The position numbers and the translations under genes were made by a program. A DNA stretch of 63,993 nucleotides, the filler included, from Trichomonas gallinae (lineage: Eukaryota): NCBI GenBank assembly GCA_008369845.1. It is 6 parts of 6 records of this genome, joined end to end, with 100 filler letters (N's around TTAATTAATTAA, not from the genome) between each part and the next. Parts side by side here need not be neighbours in the genome. Positions count along the whole stretch, not along the records: positions 17,861 to 34,121 come from MRSU01000277.1; 5 more parts are not named here. One strand, given 5' to 3'. Below are positions 20,801 through 30,607 of this stretch, one piece after another (positions within the stretch are counted from its first letter, which is position 1; each line of letters begins with the position of its first letter). The notes under the pieces are model-generated. The model ran no database searches. It was not told where the DNA came from and was given only the letters and a program-made list of their open reading frames with translations.

Positions 20801-21531
20801 GTCATTTTATAATTGATTTTTTATATTAAAATATTTATATTATTTTTTTCAATGATTTGGCCTATTTTAATCATAAAAAACTATAGTTTTTATCTTGAAA
20901 CAGCAGTTAAAATTGATAATTGTTATCAAAATCAGTCAAAAATGAAATTTTGATTTGATATTCAAAAACAGCTTTAACTTAAACGAGCCAGTGTATAGTT
21001 ATCACATCTAATCACATTTTACAGGCTTTCCAAATATGATGCTTCCATTTCAAGTCGAGTTTCGTTTTGTATGTTCACATATGCTCTTAACAAGCAAGTG
21101 AATATCATAAAACTTCATTTCTATAGCTATCATTGTGTTAGAACAAGGAATATGGATGACAAAAATGATTTCGAAATTTTTCGATAAAAATTTAGTTAGA
21201 TACTCTTTTTTCCGTCGCCATATTTATCTTATAAACAGCAATATGATGTAAAGCAAGAATAACTCAATCTATTCTCCTATTCAATTTGATATATTTTGGA
21301 TTTAGACTCAAATTATAGAAATTACTTTGGAAGATTGAGAATTATGCATGTACCTTCATTATATATAATTCCAGAATGCTTTTCTTTTTGAATTAAATCC
21401 CTTTTACAGTATTGTTTGACTTTTAAATAAGGAATAGAATTACAATCATAGAATGAAGCATTTGTGAATAATTAAGCTTTATCAGTGTGGTGATATTAAT
21501 TAATTTTACAAAATGTAACAAAATTAATGAA

Positions 21532-22194
21532 TTAAGCTGCGCAGACAGCAAACTCTGGGAAGCAGAGGTTATCAGACTTTCCAAAAGTTTTGAATTCTGA
21601 TATTTCTATTTTATTGAAGTCATATGGCCTTGGAACGGTAATAGTATCGACCCGAGTTGGATGCTCACGTGTGAGGATTTCCTCATGGACCTTTGCGTTC
21701 TTTGTAGTATCGTAAAACGCAATTTTGAAATTCTTTGCTGTGCAATTTAAGCTTGGAATTGCATTGAATGCGAATGAGTGAAGCTTTGCCTTTCTGAGTG
21801 GTGAATAAGAAATTACTGGATTTGTGTGAGCAATGTATAAGCCATTGAATTGCGGAATATCTGGCATATCAGATATATTAATAGATCCTGTCATGATTTT
21901 GAATGAGTCTTTTAAGGAGATCGTATTACGAGGGTATTTAACTTCTTGCAACGAAATGTCTATGTAAGAGCCTTGCGGACATAATGGCTTGGGATCACCT
22001 GCTTGATTGTTTGCATCGTTGTATTTTTTATTAGCATTTGATATTGCCTTATTTTTATCATCTATATTTTTAACAGCTTCGTTTATTTGATTTTCGAGAT
22101 GCTTAATCTTGTTTTTATAGTTGTTTATGTTTGCATCCCTTGGGGCATAGTCATAATATGTTCTAACTATCTCACAAACAAGAATACAAAACAT
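21532..22194 (-). CDS. Putative SUN-domain-like protein (hydrophobic N-terminus, coiled coil, beta-sandwich), ~220 aa
   Basis: ATG at 22194 (MFCILVCEIV). Coiled coil, then CTAKNFKIAF and FNKIEISEFKTFGKSDNLCF, resembling SUN motifs SAPK.F.V and V.L.I.SN.G....TC. Confidence 0.55.
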   Translation of the reverse strand: MFCILVCEIVRTYYDYAPRDANINNYKNKIKHLENQINEAVKNIDDKNKAISNANKKYNDANNQAGDPKPLCPQGSYIDISLQEVKYPRNTISLKDSFKIMTGSINISDMPDIPQFNGLYIAHTNPVISYSPLRKAKLHSFAFNAIPSLNCTAKNFKIAFYDTTKNAKVHEEILTREHPTRVDTITVPRPYDFNKIEISEFKTFGKSDNLCFPEFAVCAA

Positions 22195-22237
22195 TTTATA
22201 TAAAATTTTTCCCCGCCACTTTTTATTATTTACATAC

Positions 22238-22424
22238 GTCACGTTTTATTGACACTTTTACGAATGTCACTTTTAATTAATAAAAGTGATAAATTTTTAT
22301 TGACACTTTTACTATTGTCACTTGTATCGATTAAAAGTGACGAATATTTTTGACACTTTTGTATAAAAGTGACAAATGTTTGATTGACACTTTTTGTATT
22401 GTCACCTTTTCATTTGTCACTTTT
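22238..22424. promoter_or_regulatory. Divergent promoter built of repeated TTGACACTTTT / TGTCACTTTT / AAAAGTGAC motifs (~50-bp period)
   Basis: TTGACACTTTT at about 22249, 22300, 22350 and 22384. GTCACTTTT/AAAAGTGAC (M2-like) occurs several times in both orientations between head-to-head genes. Confidence 0.75.
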
Positions 22425-22443
22425 CGAACACAAATTATAGAAA

Positions 22444-24012
22444 ATGACTGAAATGGAGGAAGTTGAGCTTCTTCGCGAGGAATCAATAGAGAATAAGATT
22501 TCTCCGAAGATGAAATATACTATTATATCAATTACATGCGTTGTTGCTTTTATTTTCGTTATATTTCTACTTTTCGGAATTAATTTTTCGAGCAATACCG
22601 AAATAACAGCTACACCATATACAAAATTACCATCAAAATACTTTATTAGTAGTGAATACGCAACATCTTTAAATGTCGAAAATAAAATTCAAAAATCTTG
22701 GGTTTACACAGCTGTTGATATAATGCAATCGCTATACAAATACAATGGAATGAAAAAAGGTTATTTCAACAGCACACAATTCGTCAAATTCTCTCCACAA
22801 TACATTTCAGAGCAAATCAATGCGATTTGTACACAAAATCCAACAATTTCTCCATGCAATGAGGTAATTAGGAACGCTGGAATAGCTCCATATCCATCTG
22901 TTGATGATTTCGTTAAATATATCAAAAATTTTCCAAATGTTTTGATTCCTGAATCTGCATGCAAATTGGACAATAATAAATGCAATGTGGACCAATCAGT
23001 ACACATTGACAGTCCAATTTCGTTCAAATTAACAAATTCTAAAATTGTATCTACAATTGCACAAATGAAGAATTTGCTTTATACAACACGCTCACCAGTT
23101 GGTGTAGTTATGCCTATGCCATCAACAACTTACATGTTTCCATGCACAAATAATTTAGTTTCAAAAACCGAAATTTGCACGTCACAAATCTCTGATTTCG
23201 GTCCATTAACTTTTATGGATTCGTTTGAAGTGAATGGATCATCGTGTTATCATAATTCTGGTAAATTAACTTTAGGTAATACAAGATCTCTTGTTTTCAT
23301 TGGCTGGGATGACGATTATGTTGAAGACATTCCAACAAATATCACAAATCAGCAGCCATTTAAAGGTGCATTGTTCTTTAAGGGAACATGGGGACAAAAT
23401 GGACACTCGAGAGAATATCTTTCAGGGAAGCTTTCTAAAAATCTAGAAAACACACTTTGTCCTAATAGCTATGACCCTCTAAATTATGTGCCAGCAACAG
23501 TAGAATGCTTTTCCAATAGCAGAGCTGATTTGTCGAGATGTTCAAGAGATATCAGCAAGTCAGGAGCTACACCTTTAACATGTGTCAACAGCAACTTCTG
23601 TTCGGAAGACAAAACATACTTTTTGATCAGAGAATCAGATGATTCGCGCGCAGCACAAGTAATTTTAAACTACGGAATTGCATTTCCAAGAATTGCAAGC
23701 TTTGATGGAACTCAAATAGAGATATTGGACATAGGAATACCATTCAACCATTTATATCATATTCTAGTACCTGAACATCCGGAATCACAAAGCGAATATT
23801 GTGGGCATGTTGCCATTTCATACAGAACATTACAAGAGATACAACAACTTACAGGGCCTCACACTGACACGATACGCGCTGTTTCTATTGAAGGCTCATT
23901 CTCTGACGATTCATATCCAGGTGCAACAAAAAAGAAAGATCATGAATTTACTAAATCATCAATCCATAATTTTGCTCCTCTTGACACTCATTATCATTTC
24001 CTTGATTTGTAA
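22444..24012 (+). CDS. Type II membrane papain-like (clan CA, C1) protein, apparently catalytically inactive
   Basis: N-terminal TM. LP..Y, FSPQY, LVFIGWDD and FFKGTWG match C1 scaffold motifs, but the catalytic positions are substituted (SW for CW, no His, G for N). Confidence 0.7.
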   Translation: MTEMEEVELLREESIENKISPKMKYTIISITCVVAFIFVIFLLFGINFSSNTEITATPYTKLPSKYFISSEYATSLNVENKIQKSWVYTAVDIMQSLYKYNGMKKGYFNSTQFVKFSPQYISEQINAICTQNPTISPCNEVIRNAGIAPYPSVDDFVKYIKNFPNVLIPESACKLDNNKCNVDQSVHIDSPISFKLTNSKIVSTIAQMKNLLYTTRSPVGVVMPMPSTTYMFPCTNNLVSKTEICTSQISDFGPLTFMDSFEVNGSSCYHNSGKLTLGNTRSLVFIGWDDDYVEDIPTNITNQQPFKGALFFKGTWGQNGHSREYLSGKLSKNLENTLCPNSYDPLNYVPATVECFSNSRADLSRCSRDISKSGATPLTCVNSNFCSEDKTYFLIRESDDSRAAQVILNYGIAFPRIASFDGTQIEILDIGIPFNHLYHILVPEHPESQSEYCGHVAISYRTLQEIQQLTGPHTDTIRAVSIEGSFSDDSYPGATKKKDHEFTKSSIHNFAPLDTHYHFLDL

Positions 24013-24582
24013 AATAATAAGATTTTCTGCGATGCATGTTAAAAGACTTTTGAGTCTTTTCTGCAATTTATTCATGTAAATATTACTATTCTGTTATATT
24101 TAATAATACTTTAATTTGTCATCAGGTGACTTATTACTTGTCAATGCTATTTAAATATTTTAGTATTGACAATATGATTAAAAAAAAAAGTCCATGAATT
24201 CCATGAATTTTATGAGTCATTATTTAATATATTCCAGTAACTTAGAGACATTATTGTGAAGCATTAATCAAAACTATTCTGTTAATTTGCCATTTGAATA
24301 AACATCTATTCAATGCAACATAGATCAAAATAGAATCATTTTATTTCATAGATGATCATTTCCTGAAGCAAAATCCAAAGATGTGTTGTTTACAGTAGTT
24401 TACGATGACATCTATTACAGATGATATGAGAGTGAGTTTGATAACTTCTTGATGATCAATGATTGAGTGCAAATCAGAGCTTCAATAATATTGTTGGAAG
24501 TATAAAAAAATTTGAAGGTAAGCTTGCGCATTGAATAAGAAAACATATATAATATATTTTATTCAATAGATATTAAAAATCT

Positions 24583-25785
24583 TCATGGAACTGGAAATCC
24601 AAGGGATTTCAATGCATGACCAACAAGATGCAAACTTCCTGTTACCAAGATTCCTCTTGGTGTGGATGCGAGAGCCATGTCAATAGCTTCCTTGATCGAG
24701 TTCGCAGATTTATGGTTAACGCTTGTTAAGTCCTTATTCCCTTTCTTGATGAAAATGATGTCCTTGAACTGCTTCTTAACGAGCGACTCCAATATCTTGT
24801 TCGGATCACGATCTTTTGTAGTAGAAACGATCAAAACATCTTTGTCCGTCTTTCTCTTAAGAGAGTCATACCACTGGCGGCATGATAGAATGCTTTCCTT
24901 GGTGTGAGCGCCATCAAGTAGATATCTTATTCCATCTTTCATATATTTCTGGTATCTTCCGTAAATTGTGGCCTTTGCAACACCTTCAGTCAGCTTAGTC
25001 AAGTTGAGTGGCTTTCCGAGAACTCTACCCATAGATAATGCGGCATCAGCACCAAGTGATGAGTTTTCTCTTGCAGTTGGACCAGCTAAGCCTGTTTTGC
25101 CCTCCCAATATGGCATGACGATTTGTAATGGTGTGTCTACCTCTAATGCGCAGCGGACAAGCTCATTCATGAAAGGACCGGCCTGCGGAGCAGAAAATGA
25201 TGGAACATTCTTAGCGAAAATGCCTGCCTTGTTCCAAGCAATGGATTTCGCTGTCTTTCCGAGTACTTCAGTATGGTCATATTCAAGATGGGTAATAACT
25301 GAGGTAGATGGAGTATAAATTTTCGTCCAATCAAAACGTCCGCCGATTCCAACTTCAACGACTGCCACATCGATATTATGCTTCGTGAAAATATCGGCGG
25401 ACATCAAAGTGTGCAATCCGAAGAATGGTGGATGTTTCATGCCTTTTTCGTTGAGTTTAGATATAAGGGATTCATATGCCTGTACATATTCTTCTTCTGA
25501 TATTGAAACTCCGTCAATTTTAATTCTTTCGCGTGCTGTTTCAAGATGTGGGGAAGTAAAGAGACCAGTCTTAAATCCACACTGACGAAGGGCGGAATCT
25601 ATAACTGCGCATGTGGATCCTTTGCCTTTTGTTCCCGCAACTACAACAGTCGGGATTTCAATTCTTGAATTGTAGAAATTATTGAGAAATTGCTCAATAT
25701 AAAACATTCTCTGGTCATTGTTGAGGTGTTGGCTGACCTTTGAGCCGTCAATAAGCTTAGTAACAAGGCTATTATAAGAATTCAT
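24583..25785 (-). CDS. FPGS: Folylpolyglutamate synthase (FolC/FPGS)
   Basis: VAGTKGKGST, FTSPHL, RERI, EVGIGGRFD, LDGAHT, VTGSLHLVG. Confidence 0.93.
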   Translation of the reverse strand: MNSYNSLVTKLIDGSKVSQHLNNDQRMFYIEQFLNNFYNSRIEIPTVVVAGTKGKGSTCAVIDSALRQCGFKTGLFTSPHLETARERIKIDGVSISEEEYVQAYESLISKLNEKGMKHPPFFGLHTLMSADIFTKHNIDVAVVEVGIGGRFDWTKIYTPSTSVITHLEYDHTEVLGKTAKSIAWNKAGIFAKNVPSFSAPQAGPFMNELVRCALEVDTPLQIVMPYWEGKTGLAGPTARENSSLGADAALSMGRVLGKPLNLTKLTEGVAKATIYGRYQKYMKDGIRYLLDGAHTKESILSCRQWYDSLKRKTDKDVLIVSTTKDRDPNKILESLVKKQFKDIIFIKKGNKDLTSVNHKSANSIKEAIDMALASTPRGILVTGSLHLVGHALKSLGFPVP

Positions 25786-26042
25786 TACAAAATCTTTGAA
25801 AATCCGTCACTTTTTAATTTGTTCACTTAATTTCTGCCAAAATTGTATAGTTGTAAAATTAAAATTATCAAAAATCTCTTCATCAGCAATTCTAAAGTCT
25901 GTTGATGCACAATCACCATCCTATTATATGATTGGAAAGTGATGATCCCTGCTTTGATGAGAAACAAAGTTATCAATTATAAAAATTGAATATCGGAGCG
26001 TTACGCTCACGTATAAACATTTTTACTAGATAGCGATACAAT

Positions 26043-26681
26043 CTAAAGTAAACTGCGCCTTTTTCTTGGGTTGTAAAATTGCCTAATTACGCTACGAACA
26101 TCTTTCGCAAATGAACATTGTTCAAGTAATGGCCATGTTGTATTAAGCAGTTTATCATCAGTTTGATCGCCAACCCATGTAGGAATTGCGATTCCATTGT
26201 TTGGACTCAAGCAATAGGAAACGCACTTGTCATCAACGATAACTACTTGCGATAAATCCCTTCCAAAAAGATTTAACTGCTTTATAAAGTTACCGTTGAA
26301 ATATCTGCAGTGATCTCGATGTAAAATCTTCGAAATAGGGAACCCTGGTATTAACTTCTGCATAATAGATGATGCATATTCTATTACAGATGATGTATAT
26401 ATGTAAACATTGAAATACTCAAGAGCAGCCTGAAGAAAAGCATCAACGCCGGGCCTTTTCCTTACATAGAGTGGATATGCTGATTCACCTATTACACAGT
26501 CAACTTTGAAGTCATAGTAGTCGTCTGCAGCATACAAAGTGTGGATCAAAGTCTCATCCAAATCTAAAGCAAGAATCTTGTGATAATCATCGACAGTAAC
26601 CTCACTTTGATCGTCTACAAATGAGCTTTTGACACGTAGATCGCTGGATGGTAATGAATTATTGCACATATTTTCTTCCAT
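26043..26681 (-). CDS. NIF/SCP-like (FCP1-homology) HAD phosphatase
   Basis: LDLDETLIH, VRKRPGVDAFL, GRDLSQVVIVDD, PNNGI.I..W.GD..D..L. First ATG at 26681. Confidence 0.92.
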   Translation of the reverse strand: MEENMCNNSLPSSDLRVKSSFVDDQSEVTVDDYHKILALDLDETLIHTLYAADDYYDFKVDCVIGESAYPLYVRKRPGVDAFLQAALEYFNVYIYTSSVIEYASSIMQKLIPGFPISKILHRDHCRYFNGNFIKQLNLFGRDLSQVVIVDDKCVSYCLSPNNGIAIPTWVGDQTDDKLLNTTWPLLEQCSFAKDVRSVIRQFYNPRKRRSLL

Positions 26682-26868
26682 CCGCAATATTTTAAACGGA
26701 CGAAAAATTAATTTAATTTTGATGTGATTTACATAATCGTTCTTGTCACTTTTATTGTAAACTAAATTTACGTGTCAGATTTTTGATTGACGCAATGTTT
26801 CATTATGATGTGTTTTACATAGTAGTTCTTGTTACAGTCATTTATTATCGCTTTTATTTTGCTTTTTA

Positions 26869-26953
26869 GCTGAAATCACAGTGCTACTCCATAATATGTG
26901 GTTAGGTCCATCACGGATCTACTCATATGATGGAGCATCACTGGAATTTCAGC
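26869..26953. other. 85-nt long imperfect hairpin in an intergenic region
   Basis: Paired arms GCTGAAAT/ATTTCAGC, CAGTG/CACTG, CTCCAT/ATGGAG, ATATG/CATAT and TAGGTCC/GGATCTA around a 5-nt loop. Confidence 0.75.
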
Positions 26954-27139
26954 ATATTATCATTTTGAAATTTGTCGTGTAAAGTATCAAATTTGACAAT
27001 GCCAAATGTTCCTGCATCGCTAAGCTAAGTTTCAGATATATTCATTTATTGGATATCAACATATACGTATTGTTTTTGTTTCATCGAAAAGAGAATTTTA
27101 AAATATTAAAAAAATACAATAATAACAAAACTTTTCATA

Positions 27140-29764
27140 TCAAATCTTATCAGAACCCAATTTAATTGCCTCTGACTGGAAGTATGAAAGTTTATCCAAG
27201 TCGGACTTAGCAAGCTCCAATATGTGGTAAAATGTTTCCACATTCAGCTCCTCGTTCATATCGTAAACGCCTCCCAAAGTCTTTTGTACAAATTCCAAGA
27301 TCTTCTTAACTTTGACATCAGCAGCTTCATTTGCTTCTTTCACTGCCTTTTGGATCTTCATCTCGTAGACCATATTCTGTGCAGCCATTTGTCCTGTGAT
27401 CTGCTGCTTCTCCTTTGCCACTTGATTCTTAATATGCGTCATTTCACTTTGGATCTTCTTCATATTTGATGCAAGCTGCGAGTTTTCGTTCTTGAGGGAC
27501 TGATTTTGTTGCTCAACCTGCGACATCTGTTCAAGAACTTTTTGCGATATGCTGTTTGCAGAGTTTGATTTTTCTTTCAGTGTCTCGATCGTTTGACTTA
27601 GCATTTGCTTGTCTGCTTCATATTTTTGCTGCATTTCTTTGATTTGCTGCTGATGCTGCTGCTCTGCTTGCCTCTCTTTCTTTCGCTGCCTCTTCTTCTT
27701 TTCTTCTGATTCTTGAGCGATGGCAGCAATTTGATCATTGAGATTTTCGATTTCACGCTTGAAATTTTCTTCTTGGCGCTTGATTTGCTTATTTTTAGAT
27801 AAAAGAGCTGACGTTTGCTCGATCTGGGTCTTCTTCAGTAGCATTGACAGCGAGCTGCACTCTTCTGTCTTGTTTCTAATATCTTCCTGAAGCTTCTTGA
27901 TTTCGTTCTTGAGCTTTTCTTCGCTTTCCTTCATTTGTTCGAGGATTTCTGGGGTTTGCTGCTGATTATTGTTGATCAAGTCATTTTGTGCGACCTGCAG
28001 CTTCATGTTTAAGACATCAAGCTCGCTCTTGAGGTTGTCGTTTTGGATTTGCAATTGCGCGATTTGCTGTTTTTGCTCGTGGTCTGCTTTTTGCAATTCC
28101 ATCTGCGCGTTCTGTGACTTTCTAAGCTGGTTTTTGAGAGCATTAGCGGTTTTGGAGGCTTTATTAAGTTTTTCTTGTAATTCTTGGAATGTCATCTGTC
28201 CATCATCATAAGCAGAGACTGCATTAGAAACATCCTGCGTTGGCAAGCTCCTTTCAACGACTTCCTGAGCATTTGCATTCGATTGTTGCTGAAGTTTCGA
28301 AATTTGCTGTCTTAATGCGCAGTTCGACAAGAATTGAGCAGTTAAGATGGCAAAAGAGGTTGCTGACTGATCGGATATTGTCTGTATTTCAATCTTCTTC
28401 TTCGTGATATCATCTGAGAAGAAGAAATCGTTGGAAATGAAATGCTGGTCGCCCATTACACGCTCTTTGATCAATGGATCAATTTCGCTGCATTTCTTTG
28501 TGATGTAGTCGACAAATTCATCATTTGTGATTTTATCTGAGTCCAAACTTCCATTAATTACGAGCTGCTTCATGTCAGATGAGATTGCATCAACAATCTG
28601 GCGCCAAAGCTCGGAATTGTCAATAGCATTCTCGATTTCTTTAAGCGCTACATCATGATTCTTTTTAATATTGCAGAGTTCTTCTTCTAGATGTGCGATG
28701 TAGGATGCTGTCTCATTAAGAATCATTTGCACCCTTTGTACAGGCTGAAACTGGGTTTGTTTGAGCATATTCTCGCAATTTGTTCCAATTTCACCTTCGA
28801 ATGGGATTTTGAGCTCAAGGATGTCAGTATTGGTGTATGATCTGGCGTTCTTTTGCTGGTTCTTCACTGACATCATTTGATTCTCTTTTTGAAGTGATTC
28901 AATTCTGATTTCGGCGGCAGATAAAGCAGATGACTGTTTTTGTAAGAGAAGAATGATTTTCTGCTTCTCTTTGGTCATATTCTCTATTTCAACTGATTGA
29001 TTATCGTATTGTTCTTCGATTTGTGCGATTGCAGCGTCTTTTGTAGCTATTTCTTGCTTTAACGAGTTGATATCGCTTTTCAGGTCCTCTATTATTTTGT
29101 TTTGCTCACCAATCTTGATCTTGAACGTATCAATGTCTTGTTTTAAGTTAGATTTTTCATTTTCATCTTGTTGAGCAGTTGAGTTGGATTTATCTATCTG
29201 CTCCTGTAGCAATGAGACTGTGGTAGCGAATTCAGTTATCTTAGCTTGAAGTTTCTTCTTGTAATCCTTAGATTTTTCGAGTTTATCGTAAAGTCCTTCA
29301 ATGGCAATTGTTTTCTCATCAAGCTCCATTTTGAGCGCTTGTTTATCAGAACGGAGTCTATTTCTCTGCTCTGTGAGCGTTTGAACTTCGGTATTAAGCT
29401 GATCTCTCTCTGACTCAAGAGCTGTAACTTTCTGTAGTGTTTTATTCAATGAATCTGTTCCATCAGTCGTAATTTCGTTGATCTGCTGCGTTAATTGTGC
29501 GTTTTTAGCGTTTGCATCTGAAAGCTGTGATTTCAATGCTTGTAACTGTGTTGAAATGGATTTTGTTGCATTAACAGCGTTGAGGGCCTCATTCAACTGG
29601 TTTTTGAGCCCTTCTATCGAGGATTGGAGCTGAGTGTTAATTTCGAGGAGCCTGCTGTTTTCCAATTGAAGATTTTGTATATCAGGGTCTTCCATTGGCT
29701 GATCTATAAGTGTATCATCTAAATCATCGCTGAATGAACACGAACTTATCTCAATTTCGTCCAT
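27140..29764 (-). CDS. Long coiled-coil protein (~874 aa)
   Basis: Heptad-rich Q/E/K sequence. Likely start MDEIEISS at 29764 (AAAATG context); the upstream extension to 29929 is AT-rich and promoter-like. Confidence 0.8.
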   Translation of the reverse strand: MDEIEISSCSFSDDLDDTLIDQPMEDPDIQNLQLENSRLLEINTQLQSSIEGLKNQLNEALNAVNATKSISTQLQALKSQLSDANAKNAQLTQQINEITTDGTDSLNKTLQKVTALESERDQLNTEVQTLTEQRNRLRSDKQALKMELDEKTIAIEGLYDKLEKSKDYKKKLQAKITEFATTVSLLQEQIDKSNSTAQQDENEKSNLKQDIDTFKIKIGEQNKIIEDLKSDINSLKQEIATKDAAIAQIEEQYDNQSVEIENMTKEKQKIILLLQKQSSALSAAEIRIESLQKENQMMSVKNQQKNARSYTNTDILELKIPFEGEIGTNCENMLKQTQFQPVQRVQMILNETASYIAHLEEELCNIKKNHDVALKEIENAIDNSELWRQIVDAISSDMKQLVINGSLDSDKITNDEFVDYITKKCSEIDPLIKERVMGDQHFISNDFFFSDDITKKKIEIQTISDQSATSFAILTAQFLSNCALRQQISKLQQQSNANAQEVVERSLPTQDVSNAVSAYDDGQMTFQELQEKLNKASKTANALKNQLRKSQNAQMELQKADHEQKQQIAQLQIQNDNLKSELDVLNMKLQVAQNDLINNNQQQTPEILEQMKESEEKLKNEIKKLQEDIRNKTEECSSLSMLLKKTQIEQTSALLSKNKQIKRQEENFKREIENLNDQIAAIAQESEEKKKRQRKKERQAEQQHQQQIKEMQQKYEADKQMLSQTIETLKEKSNSANSISQKVLEQMSQVEQQNQSLKNENSQLASNMKKIQSEMTHIKNQVAKEKQQITGQMAAQNMVYEMKIQKAVKEANEAADVKVKKILEFVQKTLGGVYDMNEELNVETFYHILELAKSDLDKLSYFQSEAIKLGSDKI

Positions 29765-30607
29765 TTTACTAAAAATAATTATTTTAAACGAAAAAAAATT
29801 ATTTAGGAGACGTTTAAAAAAATTACATCGACGAATATAAACACTATATTTCTTGAATACTGTCCTAATAGTACCCAAAAAACGCGAAAAAATTGTATTA
29901 GTCCTTGGAAATTGTTTATTTTTTTCCATATATTGTGTAATAATAGGTTATTACTACTAATACTTGTAAATTTGCTTAAAATGATGCTATTGGTATGCGT
30001 CAGCAGCAATAACAAATGAAATGAAAACGGCATGATATATAACTAGATATGCTGCAATACTACGCCATTTTACACATGAAATACTAATAAAAATTAGATA
30101 TATGTAAGTATTATATTGTAGAAATCGAAATATGAATTTTGGCATGTAAAGTAGAAAAATGTCATCTGAATTGTAAACCACCATAATCTGACATGTAAAA
30201 AATATTACTTCTCAAATGTGTTTGTAGTATGTATATGTTATAAGCACACTATATAATCCAAATATCTCAAGTATATTCAGCAGATTCAGTGTTTGCACCA
30301 TTTATTTTCATTTCTGTTATCTCAAGATTATTTTTGGAAAATATTATTTAGTTTGTGTCACAGTGTGTAGTCCTCATATTATTTATTACTATATTTTCAT
30401 CATAGTGATAAGTTTTACTCATTGCATCCCATACAAACTATGTCAAAAACGAGAAATCTATATATATATCATAAAGTGTAGAATGAAAATAAATAAGCCG
30501 TAGTGAATTGATACCAACATTATAATCATCATGAAATAAAAAGAGTATATAAAGAAAAATAACAAACAAATTTTAATCTAATTATAACAAAATATATCAA
30601 AAAAAAG

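Noticed and set aside
17476..22424. Spaced short repeats (17476-17637, 22238-22424) as CRISPR-like arrays
   Set aside because: Eukaryotic context; repeats are only 9-11 bp with related rather than unique spacers, and there are no cas genes.
29765..29929. 55-aa N-terminal extension of the coiled-coil gene
   Set aside because: Low-complexity F/K/I/R sequence typical of translated promoter DNA; the downstream AAAATG at 29764 is the more plausible start.
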